A stretch of DNA of 6,284 nt, taken from a virus. Positions 1 through 4,747 of this stretch are shown piece after piece. The stretch is from IMG/VR virus record IMGVR_UViG_3300014958_000002; one strand, 5' to 3'. The number at the start of each line of letters is the position of its first letter. The stretch's first letter is position 1. Below the pieces are notes generated by a model, which had not been told where the DNA came from, did no database searches, and saw only the letters and a list, made by a program, of their open reading frames with translations. The translations under genes were made by a program, and so were the position numbers.

Positions 1-78
1 CATATACAGATTGCTGATAACAAGGATTATTTTCAACCAATTCAGGAGTAACCTCGTTTTTAATAAAATCGGGATTTT
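1..78. repeat. Terminal direct repeat, identical to 6207..6284. This is the assembly overlap of a circular genome (unit length 6,206 nt).
   Basis: Base-by-base reading: catatacagattgctgataacaaggattattttcaaccaattcaggagtaacctcgtttttaataaaatcgggatttt occurs at 1..78 and again at 6207..6284, ending exactly at the window edge. Confidence 0.97.
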
Positions 79-97
79 TGTAAGCGAAATTTCTCAT
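1..97 (-). CDS. 5' end (first ~32 codons) of the 147-aa acidic protein whose body is at 5860..6284. The gene wraps across the circular junction and its true ATG is at 97.
   Basis: The reverse complement of 1..97 reads ATG AGA AAT TTC GCT TAC AAA AAT CCC GAT TTT ATT AAA AAC GAG GTT ACT CCT GAA TTG GTT GAA AAT AAT CCT... = MRNFAYKNPDFIKNEVTPELVENNPCYQQ. Position 97 corresponds to 6303, which is 57 nt (19 codons) in frame upstream of the TTG at 6246 that the ORF track used as start. There is no stop in between. The ATG lies 12 nt after the VP1 stop (110..112). Confidence 0.8.
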   Translation of the reverse strand, partial: MRNFAYKNPDFIKNEVTPELVENNPCYQQSVY

Positions 98-109
98 AAC
101 AACACATAA

Positions 110-1837
110 TTAATAGGGTAAACCATTTCGATCCAAGTTCTGCACAGCATAGACTTGAAAATTAACATTACACAACAACTGATCAAATGCAACAGAACAA
201 TTAGTAGAATCAACCTGAGGCACAAAAATAGAATTCAGCTGTTGAGGACGAACCTTCATAGACTGATAAGACCAAGCACCAGTAGAAGTCAATACCTGCC
301 AACCATCAAGAGGAGCAACCCAAGACTGATAAGCAGCACCAGCACGGAATCCAGCATGGATAGTATCAATATTAGATTTCCACTGCCAATAACGGAGGTT
401 ATAACCGAGAGAACCGGAAACGCTTCGACCTGGATTATTCTGAAGGTTAAGAGCAGGAACAGCCTGCATACCAAGCTGGTCAAATGCAGGTTGCGGGAAA
501 TCAGAAACAGCAGTAACCGTCAACTGGGGAGCCTGTCCTGTCAAATTCCAGTCCAACATAGGTACAGCATGATAAACACACATAATTACTTGATGTTCAG
601 CACCACAATCATAAGTAATAGTATGTCCGGAATTACTAGATACACCCTTACCAGCAATAGAAGCCTGAGAAGAATCAGAATCAAGGTTAGTATTAACTAC
701 CTCATTGATATTAATTACACTAGACCAACCTCCAATATAGTGAGCATGATTACCCATGTACTCGGGAGCCTTAATATTAAACTGGGCGGCCATCTGATCT
801 GTATAGTCCTTACTAGAGAATTGTACTACTTCTTTCCAACGCTGGAGATATTCTGTTGCACGAATTGAGAGAGCAGAAAGGTCAGAATTAACACGAATAT
901 ATTCAACAGAAGTAGAAGAGCCACCTAACACAACAGAATTACCAGTAGCCTGAGACTGAACTACTAATCCTTGACCCGTCTTTAGCAATGAATTAGAGGG
1001 GACATTATCACGGTAAGAAGATGGAAGCAAAGCTACCGAACCATATTGAGAAGACGGCAACATACCCATGAAATAATCCTTCGGATAATTGGCATAACGG
1101 AGCTTAAGCATATTCACAGCCAATGGGATTTTGCCAGTACCAGACCAATAATCAACATTGTAAGCATAAGCTAAATGCTTTTCCCACTGAGAATTACTAT
1201 AAAAATCATAATAGATTTTTTGATATGCAAGAAAAGGCAATGCATTGACAACTTGAGAAGAAGAATAAACCAAGGGGTTATCAGAATCACCAAGATTATC
1301 AACACCTAGATACCTCTGAGTAATAGCAGCCTTAGCGGAATTAGTACTAGCAAGCATAGAACCATAACCAAGTATATCAAGCAACTTACAAGAACCATAA
1401 ACAATAGGGAGGCCTGCATCGTCTCGACTATTAGGCTGGTCTCCAGCATTAGTAAGCTGAAGGAACGTACTAAGGTCACTCTGGGAAACGTAAGGAACAG
1501 AAGTAAGAGCAGGGGTATTCTCAGAAGTGCTAGCCGCACTAGTCATATAATCCGTCATCTGCGTAAATGCCTGCGGAAGAGCACGAGATATCAAACGCAA
1601 CGGCACAGCATAGAAATCATAATACTCTTTAATACGGGTATAAGCAGCCGTATTGACCGGAACAGTACGAGTAAACCAATCCGAAGAAATACGGTACTTG
1701 TTACCGGGAATAGCAATTTGCCAATAGCAAGGAAGAATCTCGCCAACTTTGGCTGTAAACAATTTTTTCGAACTCAAATCGAAAGAAGACCGATGAGTGG
1801 AAATTCTCGCTCGGTCTAAAGGATTAAAATCACTCAT
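110..1837 (-). CDS. VP1: Major capsid protein (Microviridae VP1 / phiX174 F-like), 575 aa
   Basis: This is the longest ORF. The N-terminus has STHRSSFDLSSKKLFTAKVGEILPCYW, matching the conserved microvirus capsid signature (R-S-x-FDLS ... T-x-x-x-G-x-L-x-P). Codons strongly prefer T at the third position. The ATG at 1837 is 18 nt after the VP4 stop, and the size is typical of VP1. Confidence 0.95.
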   Translation of the reverse strand: MSDFNPLDRARISTHRSSFDLSSKKLFTAKVGEILPCYWQIAIPGNKYRISSDWFTRTVPVNTAAYTRIKEYYDFYAVPLRLISRALPQAFTQMTDYMTSAASTSENTPALTSVPYVSQSDLSTFLQLTNAGDQPNSRDDAGLPIVYGSCKLLDILGYGSMLASTNSAKAAITQRYLGVDNLGDSDNPLVYSSSQVVNALPFLAYQKIYYDFYSNSQWEKHLAYAYNVDYWSGTGKIPLAVNMLKLRYANYPKDYFMGMLPSSQYGSVALLPSSYRDNVPSNSLLKTGQGLVVQSQATGNSVVLGGSSTSVEYIRVNSDLSALSIRATEYLQRWKEVVQFSSKDYTDQMAAQFNIKAPEYMGNHAHYIGGWSSVININEVVNTNLDSDSSQASIAGKGVSSNSGHTITYDCGAEHQVIMCVYHAVPMLDWNLTGQAPQLTVTAVSDFPQPAFDQLGMQAVPALNLQNNPGRSVSGSLGYNLRYWQWKSNIDTIHAGFRAGAAYQSWVAPLDGWQVLTSTGAWSYQSMKVRPQQLNSIFVPQVDSTNCSVAFDQLLCNVNFQVYAVQNLDRNGLPY

Positions 1838-1855
1838 AATTAATTAATATTTAAG

Positions 1856-3535
1856 TTAAACCATACGGTTAAATATATTATTAGCATCATTAAGCTTCTT
1901 ATGCTTAATCATATCACGACAGAATGTTGAACTACGATGCCGAAGTTGCTCAAGGAGTTGAACCGTTTCATGTGAAACGGTCTGCAAGACATCAATCTCT
2001 TGCCCGTTCTGAGGCAACGCAAACATACAATCCGAGATTCCAGGATATTGGGAACGGAGATTATATGTATCTCGTAAACTTTCATAATTCGCTTTCTTTT
2101 CATATTCTATACCTGTTTTAATGATAAACATGATACGTCCGGAAAAAAGACTAATATCAGAGCCGAAGGAAGGCAGATGCCAATTACGGAAAAACTTATA
2201 GGCATATAAGAACAACCTATATAATTTATTAATATAAGACTCAATATCGACATCACTAGAACTGTTGCAAAACCTAGTAAGACACCGAGAAGCATGTAAT
2301 ATAATTTTATCACAATCTGTAAGAATATTTTGAACCTTAAGGTATTGATAATAAGCACGAACAAGACTCAGGACCGAATCCTGTTTGTAATCGATAAATC
2401 CGAATTTTGCGATTCTCTTTGGCGTTGAGTGTACAGCGAGAAGAATTCGAGCAATCGCAGTACCATCATCATTGCGAGCAGATGAGAATCGGGGGAGTAA
2501 GGAACGGATATACGACATGGGTGGAGTTGACCAAACACTGACGCCATTGAAATTATAGACTCTTCCGTTAACAACGGAATCGATTTTTTGCTCAATTTGC
2601 GCATAAGGGTCTTCACCTTCCAAGTAGTCACAGCCTTTTTCAAAAAATCCAACAGACGCTCGCGACCTGGGTCTAAACGCGCGGCATGAGCGATATAACA
2701 AGGGAGCAGAGCACAGGCTGTTAACGTAACTCGCAACGTATGAGCTAGCTCCACCAGCGGAACGTTGGAAATCTGAACGACCGAGCTTCCAACTCTTATC
2801 GTGACAGTATCGTAAAACCTCTGCGACTTCTTGCGAGTTTGTGAATAATAGGAGATGATAATGCGGGCGGAAATGTACGGGTCCGTACTCACCCACAGCG
2901 TAAAAATGTAACGATTCATAAGTTCCTAGTTTTTGAAATAAATGTTTACGTAAACGTTTAATATAATTTTGGACGTCAACATAGTTTAAAAAGGGAATAA
3001 GGTTATCAAGACCGTATTGTTCAGCAGCGGGATATACCGCTTTCTCCACGGACTGCGTTTTATAAATAAAACTACGAATAGCATCCATACTAAGAAACCA
3101 ATTATCCTTAATAGGGACATATTCCTTAACTTCACGGTCAAACGGCACAGTGCCTTGAACCTGTTCGAAGAATATATGACGCAATGCGGAGTTATCATCA
3201 CATTTATACTCGGAAAGAGGGATATATTGATGATGTTCATGACCAAAATGAATATCTCCCGAAATACCTATAACATCCTCATAATCACTATGCAAAACCT
3301 TACAAGCCATAAGAGGAACGTTTTTATTATCATAAGTAAGTGTAACAAAATAAGAATACTTAAAAACACTTCCAGCGGTCTTCACGCGCATGGACGCTTT
3401 TTGAGCCTTCTTATGAATACAATAATCACATTGACCGCAGTCTACTGCAATACGTGCACCATTATACTTATTTGTGATAAATGAACGATGCTGACAATGA
3501 TCAACAGCCTTAAATAAATCGGGAGAAAATTTCAT
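1856..3535 (-). CDS. VP4: Rolling-circle replication initiator protein (Microviridae VP4 / phiX174 A-like HUH endonuclease), 559 aa
   Basis: Rep motif I is FVTLTYD (aa 63-69, nt 3329..3349). The HUH motif II is HYHLLLF (aa 225-231, nt 2843..2863). The two-tyrosine motif III is YVASYV (Y266-x3-Y270, nt 2723..2740), as in the phiX174 A protein. The N-terminus has the Cys cluster CGQCDYC (aa 33-39) common in microvirus VP4. There is no Walker A motif, as expected because these phages use a host helicase. Confidence 0.93.
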   Translation of the reverse strand: MKFSPDLFKAVDHCQHRSFITNKYNGARIAVDCGQCDYCIHKKAQKASMRVKTAGSVFKYSYFVTLTYDNKNVPLMACKVLHSDYEDVIGISGDIHFGHEHHQYIPLSEYKCDDNSALRHIFFEQVQGTVPFDREVKEYVPIKDNWFLSMDAIRSFIYKTQSVEKAVYPAAEQYGLDNLIPFLNYVDVQNYIKRLRKHLFQKLGTYESLHFYAVGEYGPVHFRPHYHLLLFTNSQEVAEVLRYCHDKSWKLGRSDFQRSAGGASSYVASYVNSLCSAPLLYRSCRAFRPRSRASVGFFEKGCDYLEGEDPYAQIEQKIDSVVNGRVYNFNGVSVWSTPPMSYIRSLLPRFSSARNDDGTAIARILLAVHSTPKRIAKFGFIDYKQDSVLSLVRAYYQYLKVQNILTDCDKIILHASRCLTRFCNSSSDVDIESYINKLYRLFLYAYKFFRNWHLPSFGSDISLFSGRIMFIIKTGIEYEKKANYESLRDTYNLRSQYPGISDCMFALPQNGQEIDVLQTVSHETVQLLEQLRHRSSTFCRDMIKHKKLNDANNIFNRMV

Positions 3536-3537
3536 AA

Positions 3538-3846
3538 TTATTTACGTTTATCAATCACTTGACGACGATTACGGTCTCCAAATGAAATATGAACAAATGT
3601 AGGATACAATATCAACTGATCGAATATATGAATATTATCCGAGTAACTATGGATATGCTCAAGCAACCGACTATAAGTAGTAGAGCCATAAGGCTTAATA
3701 TCAATAGCTTCGCCAACAAGATGCTGAGAATTAGGAACTCCACCAGCAGCCTTATTTTCCTCGGGTGTACGCTTAGCACTTGTTACTGTAAAATGAAAGT
3801 TAGCAGATAACAGACTGCCAACAAAATGCATAAGAGTAGTATTCAC
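3538..3846 (-). CDS. Zn-dependent cell-wall peptidase, Peptidase_M15_3 / D-Ala-D-Ala carboxypeptidase-like (candidate endolysin), 102 aa
   Basis: TSAKRTPEENKAAGGVPNSQHLVGEAIDI matches the family signature SGYR-x-x-x-x-N-x-x-x-GG-x-x-x-S-x-H-x-x-G-x-A-x-D. The proposed metal ligands are H42 (3721..3723), D49 (3700..3702) and H86 in FVHISF (3589..3591). The start used is GTG at 3846, which overlaps the TGA of the upstream peptide ORF (GTGA). The first in-frame ATG is at 3831 (M6), so the true start is uncertain. The stop is 2 nt before the VP4 ATG. Confidence 0.85.
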   Translation of the reverse strand: MNTTLMHFVGSLLSANFHFTVTSAKRTPEENKAAGGVPNSQHLVGEAIDIKPYGSTTYSRLLEHIHSYSDNIHIFDQLILYPTFVHISFGDRNRRQVIDKRK

Positions 3847-3926
3847 AATCCAATAGCATTAAGAACATAACCAAGAGCCGCAGAAACAGCACCAATCACA
3901 ATTTTCCAAATATTAGTACGTTTCAT
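3843..3926 (-). CDS. Small single-pass membrane peptide, 27 aa (MKRTNIWKIVIGAVSAALGYVLNAIGL); candidate holin-like or membrane partner of the peptidase
   Basis: This is the C-terminal part of track ORF 3843..4067, starting at the internal ATG 3926. 19 of its 27 codons end in T, which is the codon signature of the bona fide genes. Only 10 of the 47 upstream codons of the same frame do, and those overlap the 65-aa ORF. The peptide has a basic N-terminus (KR) followed by a ~20-residue G/A/V/I/L helix. It fills an otherwise unexplained 66-nt gap. Its start overlaps the end of ORF65 by 14 nt and its TGA overlaps the peptidase GTG. Confidence 0.5.
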   Translation of the reverse strand: MKRTNIWKIVIGAVSAALGYVLNAIGL

Positions 3927-4110
3927 TGTCTTGAGTTTTAAGTTCAACAAAATTGTCCACTTCTTTAATCGAGTCCACAATAACAACAAAACCCAACGAA
4001 GAAACTCGCTCAGAATATTTTCCAAGACCATCGAGAGAATTAACGATATAAGGCGGAATAACATCACGACCAGTATTTTTTTCCTTAACTGAAATAATAA
4101 ATTTCTGCAT
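3913..4110 (-). CDS. Hypothetical protein, 65 aa, slightly acidic; first gene downstream of the candidate promoter
   Basis: It has an ATG start at 4110. 35 of 65 codons end in T, matching the genome's coding signature. The composition is balanced and soluble-looking. I recognise no motif. Confidence 0.6.
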   Translation of the reverse strand: MQKFIISVKEKNTGRDVIPPYIVNSLDGLGKYSERVSSLGFVVIVDSIKEVDNFVELKTQDNETY

Positions 4111-4160
4111 AATTATAACATTTTTAAAAGGTTAATAATAGTTGTAACTTCTAACTGGGA

Positions 4161-4192
4161 CAAAGATATGAGCTTTTTTTTATATTTCCAAA
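4161..4192 (-). promoter_or_regulatory. Candidate Bacteroides-type promoter: -33 TTTG (4192..4189) and -7 TAtcTTTG (4168..4161), 20-nt spacer
   Basis: The minus strand reads TTTG-gaaatataaaaaaaagctca-TATCTTTG, an exact match to the Bacteroides primary sigma consensus TTTG / TAnnTTTG with compatible spacing. It sits ~45-50 nt upstream of the ORF65 ATG (4110), at the head of the whole minus-strand gene string. Scanning the plus strand for CAAAnnTA, this is the only exact TAnnTTTG I found that also has a correctly spaced -33. Confidence 0.4.
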
Positions 4193-4260
4193 TTTTTTTA
4201 GAAATTGTGGGGAAAAGACCATTTTAATGGAGTGTGAGTTGTGCGTTTATGGACAAGGGG

Positions 4261-4293
4261 AAGAGAATTCGAGAGGATAACTCGAATTTGCTT
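4261..4293. other. 13-bp stem-loop (aagagaattcgag / ctcgaatttgctt, 7-nt loop aggataa), nested inside a second helix 4237..4245 / 4294..4304
   Basis: Position i pairs with 4261+4293-i. That gives 11 Watson-Crick pairs, one G-T and one A/G mismatch (4264/4290). In the flanking helix, agttgtg (4237..4243) pairs with cacaact (4298..4304), and cg pairs with cg after a 2-nt bulge. Function is unknown; it could be an ssDNA or RNA structure. Confidence 0.5.
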
Positions 4294-4542
4294 CGCACAC
4301 AACTAGGGGCTTCGCTTAATTAACACACCAACATACGTTCAATACGCATCTCCTAGGAATGGAGTTTAACATTCTACAGGCGGTAAGGTTTAGGTTAAAA
4401 AAATAGGGGAAGACAACAAGTGAGTCAGCTTCCTTTTTTGGGTTCGACTATGCAGAAGGGATGGAAGTGGATGTATACAGGGGTGTATAGGCACGGCAGG
4501 GCAGATAGAACCTACCTTTGCGCACTCCGTGATAAAATACCA

Positions 4543-4584
4543 GAGCGGGGCGCTCCTATAAGGAAGACGCTCCGCTCCATTTTT
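4543..4584. terminator. GC-rich hairpin with flanking A- and T-tracts; candidate bidirectional intrinsic terminator
   Basis: gagcggggcg (4543..4552) pairs with cgctccgctc (4568..4577), giving 9 Watson-Crick pairs plus one G-U. The stem extends inward through tcc/gga around a tataa loop. On the plus strand it is followed by ca-TTTTT (4580..4584). On the minus strand it is followed by UGGUAUUUUAUC, which is weaker. It lies ~170 nt downstream of the VP2 stop, the last gene of the minus-strand string. Confidence 0.55.
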
Positions 4585-4747
4585 CAATCAAGTCCTACGC
4601 GGGCGGCGGGTGTATATCGCTCAAACACCGCGATGAACTTCTAGTCCTAAAGAATACATACGTAATATAATTTTACTACCGAGAGTCAGGATATTTCGCA
4701 AAATCAAATATTCACAACAAAAACATAAGGGAAAAAAATAGTAATAT

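Larger units (their letters stand above)
4111..4747. other. Long non-coding region (637 nt, ~10% of the genome) containing the regulatory and structured elements listed separately
   Basis: It lies between the VP2 stop (4748) and the ORF65 ATG (4110). The only ORFs here (4390..4587 minus, 4420..4644 plus) start with TTG/GTG, lack the T-ending codon bias and are crossed by a strong hairpin. Every other intergenic gap in the circle is 2-18 nt. Confidence 0.75.

Noticed and set aside
155-868. A 237-aa plus-strand ORF antisense to VP1. Other plus-strand ORFs occur at 1924..2121, 3017..3484, 3589..3810, 4964..5203 and 5645..5833.
   Set aside because: All are antisense to well-supported genes. Their products are I/N/R/S/T/L-rich and low-complexity-looking with no recognisable motif. 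They show no T-ending codon bias and have no promoter context. Nothing else in the genome is plus-strand coded.
2020-2027. A second exact -7 motif, TAtgTTTG, on the minus strand inside the 3' end of VP4, ~180 nt upstream of VP1. It could be an internal capsid promoter.
   Set aside because: There is no TTTG at the expected -33 position (around 2048..2052), and a lone 6-defined-base motif is expected by chance in 6 kb.
2368-2919. A 183-aa same-strand ORF embedded in VP4, which could be taken for a phiX174-style overprinted gene. Similar minus-strand ORFs occur at 289..483, 1306..1539, 1909..2103, 2107..2364, 2986..3246, 4621..4872, 5173..5574 and 5626..5808.
   Set aside because: Every one of them lies in the +1 frame of the real gene; the distance from the host gene's start is 3n+1 in each case I checked. 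Real codons here end mostly in T, so the +1 frame has T in the middle codon position. That position cannot form TAA/TAG/TGA and encodes F/L/I/M/V. This explains both the long open frames and their Leu/Ile/Val-rich products. They also lack the T-ending bias themselves.
3927-4067. The N-terminal 47 codons of track ORF 3843..4067 would make a 74-aa, three-TM, holin-like protein with a GTG-ATG double start, overprinted on ORF65.
   Set aside because: This part is in the +1 frame of ORF65, the same artefact as above. Only 10/47 of its codons end in T, against 35/65 for ORF65 and 19/27 for the part downstream of ATG 3926. I therefore kept only the 27-aa C-terminal ORF. A longer overprinted holin cannot be strictly excluded without comparative data.
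4364-4400. dif / XerCD-like half sites. ttaggttaaaa (4390..4400) matches the XerD arm TTATGTTAAAT at 9/11. The minus strand of 4364..4374 reads gaatgttaaac.
   Set aside because: Neither has a credible XerC arm at the correct 6-nt spacing, so there is no full 28-bp dif-like site. AT-rich half-site matches are expected by chance. Still worth a proper search against the dif sequence of any predicted host.
4397-4439. A7-tagg-GGAAG-16 nt-CTTCC-T6, a second terminator-like element with flanking A and T tracts.
   Set aside because: The stem is only 5 bp with a 16-nt loop, which is too weak to call an intrinsic terminator. It may simply be part of a larger fold.
4406-4460. tRNA- or tmRNA-like fragment: GGGG...GGGTTCGACtatgc resembles a T-loop (GGTTCGA) and the 5' region of tmRNA.
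   Set aside because: The bases flanking ttcgact (ttggg / atgca) cannot form a T-stem. There is no acceptor or anticodon arm and no 3' CCA-proximal partner. The GGGG-to-TTCGAC spacing is about twice that of tmRNA.
4227-4530. Long-range pairing of aatggagtgtg (4227..4236) with cgcactccgt (4521..4530). It would close a ~300-nt domain.
   Set aside because: An 8-10 bp complement including G-U pairs within a 640-nt region is expected by chance a few times. It is meaningless without covariation support.
4390-4644. Two ORFs inside the non-coding block: minus 4390..4587 (65 aa, TTG start) and plus 4420..4644 (74 aa, GTG start; first ATG at 4450; Arg-rich, basic).
   Set aside because: Both have non-ATG starts. 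Their codon third positions are mixed or G/C-dominated, unlike all credible genes. Both are crossed by the 4543..4577 GC hairpin. Reading through the flanking TGA codons, to test stop recoding, did not yield a convincing longer protein. Retained only as a low-probability alternative under the non-coding-block finding.
4662-4675. The minus strand reads ttaTATTACg, resembling the CRESS-DNA virus nonanucleotide NANTATTAC.
   Set aside because: The second position mismatches and the motif is not in a hairpin loop; it forms part of a 4-bp gtaa/ttac stem. That origin type belongs to a different Rep lineage than microvirus VP4.
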